Shown in pieces: positions 23,389-32,000 of a stretch of 32,000 nt of DNA. The position numbers were made by a program, and so were the translations under genes. Below the pieces are notes generated by a model. The model was not told where the DNA came from. It searched no databases and worked only from the letters and a program-made list of their open reading frames with translations. Each line of letters starts with the position of its first letter. The first letter of the stretch is position 1. Origin of the DNA: an uncultured Candidatus Nitrosotenuis sp. (GTDB lineage Archaea > Thermoproteota > Nitrososphaeria > Nitrososphaerales > Nitrosopumilaceae); assembly GCA_964449865.1 (NCBI GenBank), contig CAYVBR010000015.1, positions 173,341-205,340 on the forward strand. The letters are read 5' to 3'.

Positions 23389-23847
23389 TTGCAAATGATG
23401 TGCGATCAGAAATTCTCTCCTGACATTTCTATCAATTATATGGGGCGGATTTTTAGTTGCAAGAAATTGAATGCGTACAAAAAGGCAACATTGACTGAGA
23501 TCGTAGAAGATCTAGTTAACATGCACCCGAGCATGAGGTTTGCCGCCATAATTGACCTAAAGGGGAATATCTTGGAATCGATAATGCAGAAAGGAAAGAC
23601 CTCGCTGAAAACTCAAAAGGAAGAAGAGCATTTTTGCATTCAAGTTGCCCAAAGACGAAAAATGAGACAAGAGTTTGACAAAAGCCTAGGTAAAGTAAGA
23701 TACGTTCAAGTTGAAAGGGAAAAGGTCACACAGATAGTAATTTACCCAAAAAGAAAGACAGTCTACTTCACATTAGAGCCTGAGCTTAGTGTGACCAAAA
23801 AAATGGCAGTAATTAACCGTGCCAAAAAAATCACGATGCATCTGTAA
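23389..23847 (+). CDS. Hypothetical protein (152 aa; start uncertain)
   Basis: The segment MRFAAIIDLKGNILESI is vaguely roadblock/LC7-like. The family is not established. Confidence 0.5.
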   Translation: MQMMCDQKFSPDISINYMGRIFSCKKLNAYKKATLTEIVEDLVNMHPSMRFAAIIDLKGNILESIMQKGKTSLKTQKEEEHFCIQVAQRRKMRQEFDKSLGKVRYVQVEREKVTQIVIYPKRKTVYFTLEPELSVTKKMAVINRAKKITMHL

Positions 23848-24040
23848 ATATAATCTGTTTATTTCAAACAACCTCGACATTACAACGTACTTGTACGATG
23901 ACATGGTATGGATATGCAACACATGATTCTCCTGCTTGGCGGAATCGTCGGACTGTCTGTTATCTTGCCATTGGTACTTGGAACCATGATTCCTTGACTC
24001 TCATAAGGTAAATATTGAAAAATACGCCCCAAATAACGGA

Positions 24041-24316
24041 ATGAAAATACTCGTTGACGAAATGGATGATGGAATGGATGAAAAATTACGCAATCTTGGA
24101 TATGAAGCATACTCTGTAAAAAAACTGCTTATGGAGGGAAAAAAACTCCGTACCGATTACTCCATAATTAATTATGCACGGGAAAACCAAATGATCCTAG
24201 TTACACGAGATACTGAAAGCGGTCAGGCGTGCGCAGAAAACAACCTGCCGTGCATACTGCTTGACAATAACGAAATTTTCAAAATTGTTGTTGAAAAACT
24301 CAAAAATCTGGCGTGA
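24041..24316 (+). CDS. Small PIN-like (DUF5615 / Mut7-C-like) protein, 91 aa
   Basis: The pattern is MKILVDEM...LRNLGYEAYSV...IINYARENQMILVTRDTE, as in DUF5615-type putative toxins. Confidence 0.6.
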   Translation: MKILVDEMDDGMDEKLRNLGYEAYSVKKLLMEGKKLRTDYSIINYARENQMILVTRDTESGQACAENNLPCILLDNNEIFKIVVEKLKNLA

Positions 24317-24346
24317 ATCTAAGCTTTTATTCTTCATTGTTTTACA

Positions 24347-24607
24347 ATGTCCATGGACAGCTGTGATACTCGTACTCGAGCGTACAAAAACGGCAAAACC
24401 TTTGATCAGTGTGTACAAGTTGCAGAGTCGCTAAACCCCGAATTTAAAAAAACAATAGAGCAAAACGGCAAAATCCTCTGGTCTGACATACTGGCGCAAG
24501 TTGATCATGATGAACTGATATACAAACTAACACTCAAGTATCTGCGACGCGACGGATATGACATCGGAAACTGGCAAATTCCCGAAGTGAAGAAATTTGC
24601 AACCTAG
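24347..24607 (+). CDS. Hypothetical protein (86 aa)
   Basis: This rests on the ORF only. Confidence 0.45.
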   Translation: MSMDSCDTRTRAYKNGKTFDQCVQVAESLNPEFKKTIEQNGKILWSDILAQVDHDELIYKLTLKYLRRDGYDIGNWQIPEVKKFAT

Positions 24608-25425
24608 GACTCTATTTTACAGCTCCATCCACTGTTTCTAATTTTTCTTGCCATTATTATTGGCGTTATTATCAAAAGAGGAATCGATATTGCGATAAAT
24701 ATTGTTTGAAGCTGTGTGATTGCTAAAGTGAACGCGATTGCGCCCGATGCACTCACAAATAACGAAAGAAACGTTCCAGCGCATGTGGGACACGCAATAA
24801 ACAATCCAGTTATGGCTGCAATTCCTCCTATTCCAGTATTCTTTTTCAAAATGGAAAATGCGTTTACCGCAATTGATGTGTTTAGCCCGACTAAATATGA
24901 AACAACTATCTGTAAAATCAGGTTTATCGGAATTATCTGCAGGCCTACCTGCTCTGTTATGTATACGATAAGTTTTGGTACGTAGCCTATTTCGCCACAG
25001 CATGGGGTTATGTGTGCAGATGGCACCTCGACGCCATAGTGCTTTGAAAAAATAACGTCTGGCTGGTATACTAAAATTCCTGACGTCAAGGCAAAAAATA
25101 TTCCATACAGGACAAACGTGATTGCAAATATCTTTCTTGACTTAGAATTCCATGTGATTTGAGCTACTACTAGCCACAGACTGGTGTCGTTTTTGAGAAT
25201 TTTCTGTCTGTGGTACTGATAAATGCCGTATGCAATTGCGCCAAGTGCAACAAGCAACATTACGTAAAATGCCGTCCCTAGCCTCTCTATTGCAGACACT
25301 GCGTCTGGCGTAACTGCGGCTCCGCCAAGCCTTGCATAAATCAAAAACAAGATGCCTATGCTTGCAAAACCAAGTGTGATCAAAAGCCTACCGTCGCGTC
25401 TGGTATCGTCTTTTGACATTATCAT
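24604..25425 (-). CDS. Polytopic integral membrane protein with intramembrane CPTC motif (273 aa)
   Basis: There are at least six hydrophobic helices, with cysteine motifs TPCCGEIGY and FIACPTCAGTF. The family is not identified. Confidence 0.7.
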   Translation of the reverse strand: MIMSKDDTRRDGRLLITLGFASIGILFLIYARLGGAAVTPDAVSAIERLGTAFYVMLLVALGAIAYGIYQYHRQKILKNDTSLWLVVAQITWNSKSRKIFAITFVLYGIFFALTSGILVYQPDVIFSKHYGVEVPSAHITPCCGEIGYVPKLIVYITEQVGLQIIPINLILQIVVSYLVGLNTSIAVNAFSILKKNTGIGGIAAITGLFIACPTCAGTFLSLFVSASGAIAFTLAITQLQTIFIAISIPLLIITPIIMARKIRNSGWSCKIES

Positions 25426-25488
25426 TGCCTGATTCGCGGTATGATTAAATCGTATCTTTTAAAATTCTAAAGAAGTTTGAGCACTTTG

Positions 25489-25656
25489 TTATGCACAACA
25501 AAGTGTTTTTTTGAACTCTTCTACGTTTCTTGTGAACTTGCATTCTTTGCATACATGCCAAGTTCTGTTCTTCAGTATCCTCAGTGTTGCGTCGTATCCA
25601 ACTGAATACATTTTTCCGCCGCATGATGGACACGGGAGCGGTACGTCTATTTGCAT
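25489..25656 (-). CDS. Zinc-ribbon protein (55 aa), not in ORF track
   Basis: My hand translation of the minus strand is MQIDVPLPCPSCGGKMYSVGYDATLRILKNRTWHVCKECKFTRNVEEFKKTLCCA*. It has two CxxC knuckles. It overlaps, in another frame, the less plausible 62-aa track ORF at 25445..25633. Confidence 0.5.
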   Translation of the reverse strand: MQIDVPLPCPSCGGKMYSVGYDATLRILKNRTWHVCKECKFTRNVEEFKKTLCCA

Positions 25657-25766
25657 ATTCTAATTTTGTATTTTCTGCATTTAAGAGCCGCGTAGGACTG
25701 ATAACTTGTTCATTTCTTTGGGAAATATGTTGTATCTTTATAAGAAATAAAGTTCAATGAGAGTCG

Positions 25767-26192
25767 TTGGACATAGATCAAAAAGAAGAGCCTGATTATT
25801 CCACTGCAAAAATTACACATGTTGGATTTATTGATCCATATGCGCTAGAAGGAATAGTGATTCTCCAATCTGATGACAAAAAAGAATTTCACATGCGCGC
25901 ATTCTCTGGCGAAGTGGCGCGACACATCAAAAGCTTTGTTGAGGGAAAACGCGACAACTTGCCGACCATATACAACATGATTGAGCAGCTCTGCGAGGAA
26001 AACGAACTGTATCTGGTAAAAGTCAAAGTATATGAAAGTGGCAGCGTTCTGCGCGCAAATCTTTACTTTACTGGCAAAAAAGACATCGTTCTTAGGAACT
26101 ATAGGGCGTCTGACGCTGTCGCATTGGGGGTGTTTTACAACATACCTATTCTTGTGAGAAAAACACTGCTAAAGAAAAGTCTTGAAGTCTAG
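25767..26192 (+). CDS. Bifunctional-nuclease-domain (DUF151/BFN-like) protein, TTG start
   Basis: The sequence PTIYNMIEQL...VKVKVYESGSVLRANLYF...LRNYRASDAVALGVFYNIPILV parallels the BFN pattern (P-x-THDL...ARPSDAIALA...PI-x-V). Confidence 0.6.
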   Translation: MDIDQKEEPDYSTAKITHVGFIDPYALEGIVILQSDDKKEFHMRAFSGEVARHIKSFVEGKRDNLPTIYNMIEQLCEENELYLVKVKVYESGSVLRANLYFTGKKDIVLRNYRASDAVALGVFYNIPILVRKTLLKKSLEV

Positions 26193-27286
26193 GTTAGGAT
26201 TTCTGCAAGTCTTGCTTCCTGACTTGCCTTCTTGATTTCCATTGCAATCCTTCTTCCAACTCCAAATGTCTCGCCATATTGGTATTTTGTGTACGGTGAC
26301 GTGGTAGCAACAATTGGGTTTCCTGGAACCCTGAGTGATACGTCGTACACTACTAGTTCCAAGTCTTTTGTGATTACACTTTGTAGTGAAAACGGACCGA
26401 TTATTCCTGGGGGATACACCTTTTTTACGCCGGCTACAAACTTGTCTCCCATTTTGAGTACTTTTTCTAACAATGACTCCCTTATGCTTGCAGGTGTGTG
26501 GCCTACCTCTATGTTCTGTATGTCTATGTTGATGTCAAGCTGTTGTTTTGCTGGAATTGCGTTATAGTCATGCACGTTTGTCTGCAGTCTGCGCTCTATT
26601 CCGATAAAGTCAACTTGGTCTGATATGGGTGTGTGGAAATAATTGAAATTCATGTATGTGCCAATTACCAATTCCTCAATGCTTGCCTTTTTTAGGTCGT
26701 CTCTTGCTATGATTCCTTTTTTGATCCTCTCCTCTGATTTTATTTTATAATCTGCATATGATGACACTGTGAAAAATGCGCGTTCTAACTTTCTTCCCTT
26801 TTCTTGGACCTTTACTATTGCAGGTCCGTCTATGTCTTTTGAAGATTTGAAAATCTTTGGATACCTGACGTTTGATTTTTCAAGCAGATAATACTGATTT
26901 TTCTTGTAGCTCCGCTCCTCTGCTTGGAACAGTGAGCGGTTTCCAAAAATTGGCACCTTGAACTTGTTCTCTATGGTCTCATATCCCAAGTATGCAGTTA
27001 GTGCCCTGTGGGGAACAATTATTGTATTTGTATCGATTAGGCGTTTTTGCATCTTTTGTGATGCCATATCTTTGAAGTTATTTACTACGATTATCTCGTC
27101 TGCAATTCTTTGAAATCTTCGATATGGAATGTCTCGACCCTTTTGGCAAATTACCACTGTTTTTAGTCCCTCATCTTTTGCCCCATCCATGACCTCTAGC
27201 GCAGAATGGCTTCCCAAGACCCCGATTCTCAAATCAGAATAATTATCTGCAATTTTGTGAATTTCTGCAGGCTTAATCATGGACAA
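26189..27286 (-). CDS. purP: 5-formaminoimidazole-4-carboxamide ribonucleotide (FAICAR) synthetase PurP, archaeal ATP-grasp
   Basis: The N-terminus reads IGVLGSHSALEVMDGAKDEGLKTVVIC. The length is ~365 aa, the organisation is ATP-grasp-like, and the gene lies near purS/purQ. Confidence 0.85.
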   Translation of the reverse strand: MSMIKPAEIHKIADNYSDLRIGVLGSHSALEVMDGAKDEGLKTVVICQKGRDIPYRRFQRIADEIIVVNNFKDMASQKMQKRLIDTNTIIVPHRALTAYLGYETIENKFKVPIFGNRSLFQAEERSYKKNQYYLLEKSNVRYPKIFKSSKDIDGPAIVKVQEKGRKLERAFFTVSSYADYKIKSEERIKKGIIARDDLKKASIEELVIGTYMNFNYFHTPISDQVDFIGIERRLQTNVHDYNAIPAKQQLDINIDIQNIEVGHTPASIRESLLEKVLKMGDKFVAGVKKVYPPGIIGPFSLQSVITKDLELVVYDVSLRVPGNPIVATTSPYTKYQYGETFGVGRRIAMEIKKASQEARLAEILT

Positions 27287-27414
27287 ATTGACTGCAAATC
27301 TTTGGTAATATAATCAAACTTCCTCGGTCTGACCGTAGATGCCAACTGAGGATGAACCTAGTGTTAATCGTGGAACCGTTCCATAACAGATTAAAATAAT
27401 CACACTGCAAAATA

Positions 27415-27975
27415 ATGCCAATGAAGCTTGTAATCGGAATTACCGGAAGCACCGGAGTAGTCTATGGAGTGAGGATTCTTGAGGCACTCAAAGAATGCGG
27501 AATTGAGACCCATCTGGTCATAACAGAATGGGCAAAAAAATGCCTGACGATGGAGACTGACTACAAGCTTGACGACGTAAAGAGCATGGCCGCCCAGTAT
27601 TCTGATGACTCTAATTTGGCGTCTGGAATTTCAAGTGGCACATACAGAACAGATGGGATGATTGTGATCCCGTGCAGCATGAAGACATTGTCCAGTATAG
27701 CAAACGGTTACGACGAAACGCTAGTTGCAAGGGCAGCCGGAGTCACACTAAAGGAATCTCGAAAACTTGTTCTGGTGACGCGGGAAACCCCTCTTACAGC
27801 AATAAATCTTGAAAACATGCTAAAGCTAGCAAGGCTTGGGGTCGTGATATTGCCGCCAGTTCCTGGGTTCTATACAAAACCAAAATCAATCGAACAAATA
27901 ATTGATCACACTGTTGGCAAATGCCTTGACCAGTTTGGCATTGAACATAATTTATACAAAAGATGGGGAACTTAG
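27415..27975 (+). CDS. ubiX: Flavin prenyltransferase UbiX
   Basis: The sequence includes KLVIGITGSTGVVYGVRILEAL, GMIVIPCSMKTLSSIANG and LVLVTRETPL. Confidence 0.9.
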   Translation: MPMKLVIGITGSTGVVYGVRILEALKECGIETHLVITEWAKKCLTMETDYKLDDVKSMAAQYSDDSNLASGISSGTYRTDGMIVIPCSMKTLSSIANGYDETLVARAAGVTLKESRKLVLVTRETPLTAINLENMLKLARLGVVILPPVPGFYTKPKSIEQIIDHTVGKCLDQFGIEHNLYKRWGT

Positions 27976-27981
27976 CTAGTA

Positions 27982-28410
27982 TTGCCCAAGGTTCACATTG
28001 AAAAGATAATCAATGCCGAGCGACACCATGTCTTTGACATTGTGGCAAACTTTGAGAACTTTCAAAACATTCTGCCCAAGTATTTTCCATCAATCCGGAT
28101 AAGGTCCGTTAGAGAAAACACCGCAATAGTGGAAGAGCATCTAAGACTTGGCAACAAGGAACTCATAATGATGACAAAACATGTTACGAAATACCCAGAA
28201 ACACACGAGGTTTTTGTAATTGGTGGTGATGCAAAAGGCACTCACATCATAGAAAAATACGAAAAAACGGGCGAGTCTACAAAACTAGTAGTTGACGCCG
28301 ATATCAAGATTGGTGGGATTTTGAAAGTCTTATCTGTCTTTTCTGGAAAAAAAATTAAAACTGAGTTTAACCAAATAATTGATGAATTTGCTAAATTGGC
28401 GGAGAACTAA
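27982..28410 (+). CDS. SRPBCC (START/polyketide-cyclase-like) family protein, TTG start
   Basis: The N-terminus is HIEKIINAERHHVFDIVANFENFQNILPKYF. The ~140-aa size is typical of SRPBCC proteins. Confidence 0.6.
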   Translation: MPKVHIEKIINAERHHVFDIVANFENFQNILPKYFPSIRIRSVRENTAIVEEHLRLGNKELIMMTKHVTKYPETHEVFVIGGDAKGTHIIEKYEKTGESTKLVVDADIKIGGILKVLSVFSGKKIKTEFNQIIDEFAKLAEN

Positions 28411-28638
28411 CTAGCTTTCTTTTGGCTCTTTCTTGTCTTTTTTGCTTTTCTTTTCTAGGTCTTTGAGTTCTTTCTCGGATTCTAATTTTCCTTTTTCAAA
28501 TTCGCCTTTGGCTCTTCCAAGTGTTCTTGCTAGTTCTGGAATTTTCTTTGCACCAAATATCAGAATTGCTGCCGCTACGATTATGAAGACAATCTCAGTC
28601 ATTCCAATTCCAGCATTGGCCATATTTTGTAATATCAT
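28411..28638 (-). CDS. tatA: Twin-arginine translocase subunit TatA/E
   Basis: A single TM helix is followed by an amphipathic helix: IVFIIVAAAILIFGAKKIPELARTLGRAKGEFEKG. Confidence 0.88.
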   Translation of the reverse strand: MILQNMANAGIGMTEIVFIIVAAAILIFGAKKIPELARTLGRAKGEFEKGKLESEKELKDLEKKSKKDKKEPKES

Positions 28639-28752
28639 TGATTACTAGTGTCCAAGATGAGATTTAAGTCTTCTACCTGTTTGCAAATCTGGATCTGATT
28701 TTAACAAAATGACTCTGATAGTTTCGGAAAATAATATTTTCAGAACCTGACA

Positions 28753-28796
28753 GATCTGTCAGTAAAACTAGCAAAAGTGTAAGCGCGCCTTATATC
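28753..28796 (+). promoter_or_regulatory. Shared promoter/operator module, copy D (upstream of the lysine-rich protein)
   Basis: The sequence is gatctgtcagtaaaactagcaaaagtgtaagcgcgccttatatc. It is embedded in a perfect 16-bp palindrome ctgacagatctgtcag (28747..28762). The TATA-like box is 31 nt upstream of the ATG at 28821. Confidence 0.55.
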
Positions 28797-28820
28797 GCAG
28801 CACGGTGATAACTGCATTGT

Positions 28821-29153
28821 ATGGGATTCTTAAAGTCATTAAAGAAAAGTGCTGAGAAAAGCGCTGAGCGCAGTGCCGAACTTGGCATGAAATATGGAAA
28901 AATAGGTGCCGCGCGAGGAATGGAACTTGGAAAAAAATACGGCAAAATAGGATTTGACAAAGGAGTGGAGCTTGGTAAGAAAGGCTTTGAAAAGGGCGTA
29001 GATATTAGCGTCGAACAAGGCATAGCTTGGCAAAAAAGACACAAAAAAAGTCTGAATGCACAAAAGAAAGCCATGAGATCCCCAAAGAAAACCGTAAAGA
29101 GAACACCAAAGAAATCTTTGAAAAAATCACAAAAGAAAAAATCAAAGAAATAA
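28821..29153 (+). CDS. Lysine-rich basic protein with internal G-x-ELGKKYGKIG repeats (110 aa)
   Basis: The repeats are GMKYGKIGAARGMELGKKYGKIGFDKGVELGKKGFEKGV. The C-terminal tail is KKxxKK-rich. Confidence 0.55.
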   Translation: MGFLKSLKKSAEKSAERSAELGMKYGKIGAARGMELGKKYGKIGFDKGVELGKKGFEKGVDISVEQGIAWQKRHKKSLNAQKKAMRSPKKTVKRTPKKSLKKSQKKKSKK

Positions 29154-29204
29154 AAATTATTCCTAAATCGCGTTATTCAACAAAACATGGAAAACAAATC
29201 TGTA

Positions 29205-30005
29205 TTAACTCTGTTGAGGCTTCTTGATTCTAAATTCTCGTCTTTCTATCACTATCATGCCTGCCAGATACAGTGCGATCATGGGTCCTGAAATAAACCA
29301 CATTGTAACGCCGCTCCCGTCTGGAGTCACTACTGCACCAATAATCACCAGAATCACAATTGCATACCTGATGTTTCTGCGCCAGAATTTGGCATCCGTA
29401 ATGCCTGACGCGGTTGCGGCATACATGATTAATGGAAGCTGAAACGCAACTCCAAAGGCAAGCAAAAATTGCAAAACAAACGATACAAAATCCATCACGT
29501 TCAAAAACGTAACAAGGCCTGACGCTTCCCCGTACTGGTATAGAAAATCAAGCATAAACGGTATTACTGTAAAATATGAGAATATCACACCTGACACAAA
29601 AAGAACCAGTGCTGGAATTGCTATTGAGCGGGTTGCTTTGACTTCGCTTTCCTTTAGCGCCGGCCTGATGAACGCGGTAAGCTCTCTTATGATAATTGGC
29701 ATGGAAAGTACGACTCCTGCAATTGATGCGACATACATCTGTGCATAAAATGCCTGGCCTGGGGCTGTCTGAATCAGCTGAACGCTTTTTGGCACCAGTT
29801 CCTGACGCATGTGGTTTGTTATCTGTGCAGCAATATTGTTAATTGGCTCTGGAATCGGATAGTACAGCGTAATTCCGTTGTAGACAAAGTGATCCAGCCT
29901 ACAAGTAAGGATGATTGTAATTATGATGATGACTGCAATTGCTATTCTTGTTACTCTTTTTCGCAGTTCTGCTAGGTGCTGAAAAATTCCATGTAGTTCT
30001 GACAT
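29205..30005 (-). CDS. tatC: Twin-arginine translocase subunit TatC
   Basis: The N-terminal motif is HLAELRKR. Six TM segments and a ~266-aa length fit TatC. Confidence 0.88.
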   Translation of the reverse strand: MSELHGIFQHLAELRKRVTRIAIAVIIIITIILTCRLDHFVYNGITLYYPIPEPINNIAAQITNHMRQELVPKSVQLIQTAPGQAFYAQMYVASIAGVVLSMPIIIRELTAFIRPALKESEVKATRSIAIPALVLFVSGVIFSYFTVIPFMLDFLYQYGEASGLVTFLNVMDFVSFVLQFLLAFGVAFQLPLIMYAATASGITDAKFWRRNIRYAIVILVIIGAVVTPDGSGVTMWFISGPMIALYLAGMIVIERREFRIKKPQQS

Positions 30006-30050
30006 CTGATGTTTTAATGAGCCAAATGTTCTAATTTATGTTACTGATCT

Positions 30051-30608
30051 TTAGCTGTGATTTCCGGGTATTGGCAATAGTTTTGCGTCTGGAAGTCCTG
30101 CTTTTTTTCGCTCTTCCTCTGTGAGACTTTCAAACTCTATTGAAATTGTTGCCTTGAGGTTGAATCGCCCCTCCAATTCTTTTGCAAACTGGCCTACTTC
30201 TTTTCCTGAATAGAATTCTTTAGAGCCCTCCAAAAATATGCGGGTTCCCTTGTCCCTCACGTCTCCACCGAACTTGTCTTTGATGAATTTTGTAGCTTCC
30301 TCAACTTCTTTTTTTAGAATGTTGTTGTGATACAGTACGATTCCCTTAGTTGGGGTGTAATCAATAGGCGTTCCCCTCTTGTACAGGAATACTCCGATAA
30401 ATCTTGCATCCTCTTCTGGTTCCTTCACGCCTTTGATTTCCCAGTTTAGCACCTTGGCTTGATCATAATCATATTTCTGGATGTCGTCTGATGTTATCTT
30501 CCAGTATCTGTGGCGAGTCACTGCAATTCCTGAGTTTTGATGTCCTATAAAATCAATACTATGCCATGACGCAAGTTGGTTCTGTTTTGTCCTTGATTTA
30601 TTTCTCAA
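30051..30608 (-). CDS. Hypothetical protein (185 aa; start uncertain)
   Basis: This is a long ORF with normal composition. I recognise no motif. Confidence 0.55.
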   Translation of the reverse strand: MRNKSRTKQNQLASWHSIDFIGHQNSGIAVTRHRYWKITSDDIQKYDYDQAKVLNWEIKGVKEPEEDARFIGVFLYKRGTPIDYTPTKGIVLYHNNILKKEVEEATKFIKDKFGGDVRDKGTRIFLEGSKEFYSGKEVGQFAKELEGRFNLKATISIEFESLTEEERKKAGLPDAKLLPIPGNHS

Positions 30609-30643
30609 ATTGGCGCATCTGAAATTGAGATTATATTAGACCG

Positions 30644-30913
30644 ATGACACGTCTTCTCATGCCGATGTTTGAGGTTCAGGTAATCATCGAAAACAAACCC
30701 GGAATCAGTGATCCTGAAGGCACCACAATCCTAAATGACCTTGTCCTAAAGGGAAGCTATTCCTCAGTCAAAAAAATACGATCGGCAAAAATGCTGAAAT
30801 TCCAGATAAACACCGCCAACAAAAAAGCGGCACAGGAAACAGTTCAAAAACTCTGCAATGATCTTAGAATCTATAATCCGATGGTAAGCAAGGTCACGTT
30901 TACCGTAATCTAG
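30644..30913 (+). CDS. purS: Phosphoribosylformylglycinamidine synthase subunit PurS (start probably at an internal Met, MFEV)
   Basis: The sequence FEVQVIIENKPGISDPEGTTILNDL matches the PurS signature (V-x-V-x-x-K-x-G-x-x-DP-x-G). Confidence 0.85.
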   Translation: MTRLLMPMFEVQVIIENKPGISDPEGTTILNDLVLKGSYSSVKKIRSAKMLKFQINTANKKAAQETVQKLCNDLRIYNPMVSKVTFTVI

Positions 30914-31329
30914 TCGTCTTTTCCAATCGACTTTATCGTGCCGTCTATGAGCAGCTTGCTTCTCAAATGGGATGCCAAGTCTGTCTGCGTAATGACGCCT
31001 ACCAGTTTTTCGTTTTCAAGCACGAGCAGCCTTCGGATGTTGTTGTTTAGCATTTTTTGCACAGCATCCTCGATTAGCGTAGTTGGCTCAACCCATCTGA
31101 ACTTTGGTGACATTATCTCAGAGATTGGGACGTCGGATGCAAGTCTGTTCTTGACTACTATTTTTCTGACAAAGTCTGCCTCGCTTAGTATTCCAACTGG
31201 GTTCTGGCCTTCGGTTACGACAAGAAAGCTGATGTCCTTTTCCTGAAGTAGAGACGCTGCCTCCAAGCACGTTTTTTCCTTTGATATCGTGATCACGTGC
31301 TTGTTCATTATGTCTCGAACTTGGCCCAT
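30910..31329 (-). CDS. CBS-domain pair protein
   Basis: Two CBS repeats are present: VRDIMNKHVITI...VVTEGQNPVGILSEADFVRK and ISEIMSPKFRWV...LLVLENEKLVGVITQTDL. Confidence 0.85.
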   Translation of the reverse strand: MGQVRDIMNKHVITISKEKTCLEAASLLQEKDISFLVVTEGQNPVGILSEADFVRKIVVKNRLASDVPISEIMSPKFRWVEPTTLIEDAVQKMLNNNIRRLLVLENEKLVGVITQTDLASHLRSKLLIDGTIKSIGKDD

Positions 31330-31442
31330 GATTCGTTTTGCGTAATTTCAAGATAAAAAAGGTTTGTTGTCATTCCTACTATGTTCTTGCGACCGACTAG
31401 AATCGTGATTTAATTAATTAATGGCGTCGTACAAATTACCGT

Positions 31443-32000
31443 GTGAAAGTCGGCATTGTCGTATTTCCCGGAAGTAATTGCGATCGCGACATGTACCATG
31501 TTTTACTTGACGTTTTCAAATTAGATGTGAAATATTTTTGGCACGAGGACCACCTTCCAAAGGATCTGGATGCCATTGTCCTGCCGGGCGGTTTTTCCTA
31601 CGGTGACAGACTAAGAGCTGGAGCGATTGCTGCACACAGTCCAATAATATCTGATGTCAAAAAAATGGCAGACAAGGGAATGCCTGTTCTTGGCGTGTGC
31701 AATGGATTTCAAATATTGGTGGAATCTGAACTGCTGCCTGGAATACTGCTAAAAAATACGTCGCTTAACTTTATGTGCAAATGGACAGAACTCATAGTGA
31801 AAAACAACAAGACTCCGTTTACCAACAAGTTTGCACTAGATGAAAAAATCCCAATTCCAATCGCAAACGGGGAAGGACGCTACTATGTTGACAAGGCCAC
31901 GCTTAGCACGCTAAAGAAGAACAACCAAATTGTGTTCAGGTATGGCGAGTCCGTGAACAATTCTGTATTTGACATTGCCGGAATCTGCAACAGGGAGGGA
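31443..32000 (+). CDS. purQ: Phosphoribosylformylglycinamidine synthase I, glutaminase subunit PurQ (GTG start; 3' end beyond window)
   Basis: My hand translation is (M)KVGIVVFPGSNCDRDMYH...LPGGFSYGDRLRAGAI...GVCNGFQILVES. This includes the class-I glutamine amidotransferase nucleophile elbow GVCNGFQ. Confidence 0.88.
   Translation, partial: MKVGIVVFPGSNCDRDMYHVLLDVFKLDVKYFWHEDHLPKDLDAIVLPGGFSYGDRLRAGAIAAHSPIISDVKKMADKGMPVLGVCNGFQILVESELLPGILLKNTSLNFMCKWTELIVKNNKTPFTNKFALDEKIPIPIANGEGRYYVDKATLSTLKKNNQIVFRYGESVNNSVFDIAGICNREG

Noticed and set aside
23914-23997. A 27-aa hydrophobic micro-ORF (MQHMILLLGGIVGLSVILPLVLGTMIP) lies upstream of the PIN-like gene.
   Set aside because: It is attractive as a single-TM peptide or antitoxin-like partner. 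At this length it cannot be distinguished from chance without conservation or expression data.
23880-24110. A 76-aa minus-strand ORF overlaps the start of the DUF5615-like gene.
   Set aside because: It has no recognisable features and overlaps a better-supported gene.
28790-29227. Overlapping ORFs on both strands cover the lysine-rich protein gene (74, 94 and 66 aa).
   Set aside because: They are shadow or alternative frames of an A/G-rich repeat region. Only the frame at 28821..29153 has a promoter module at the correct distance.
1-32000. I searched for a CRISPR array or other cas genes to accompany Cas1.
   Set aside because: No series of 25-40-bp direct repeats with unique spacers is visible anywhere. 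The tandem repeats present are coding (FN3 units, KDHDG tail) or the iteron cluster. I saw no cas2, cas4 or effector-like ORFs.

Overview
This is an AT-rich archaeal chromosomal segment. The gene content points to a marine ammonia-oxidising thaumarchaeon (Nitrosopumilus-like): aEF-2 with the diphthamide-site motif, archaeal-type PurP, PurS/PurQ, TatA/TatC, UbiX, MsrA, and many leaderless-looking genes behind TATA-like boxes. The lineage call is inference only. The main feature is a ~6.5 kb insertion (about 1999..8518) at the 3' end of the aEF-2 gene. It encodes a Cas1-family integrase and a protein-primed family-B DNA polymerase. It is bounded by 39-bp imperfect terminal inverted repeats and a 13-18 bp direct duplication of the last EF-2 codons plus the stop codon. 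No CRISPR array or cas2 is present in the window. This is the architecture of a casposon (self-synthesising Cas1 transposon) and matches what I recall of the thaumarchaeal 'family 1' casposons that target aEF-2. The element also carries a subterminal cluster of TYCTATATGC iterons including a perfect 20-bp palindrome, a PIN-like protein, and two membrane-anchored proteins with similar C-terminal domains. Downstream (8.9-17.7 kb) is an accessory-looking region. It holds two inverted winged-helix paralogs sharing a 106-bp perfectly identical block, and a ~45-bp promoter/operator module present four times in the window. It also encodes secreted proteins: a DUF3494 ice-binding-like protein with a His/Asp/Lys tail, a beta-helix repeat protein, and a 1127-aa protein with eight FN3 repeats. 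The rest of the window is housekeeping or hypothetical genes, plus several zinc-ribbon micro-proteins below the ORF-track cutoff. All calls rest on reading the sequence and translations by eye; no database searches were run.
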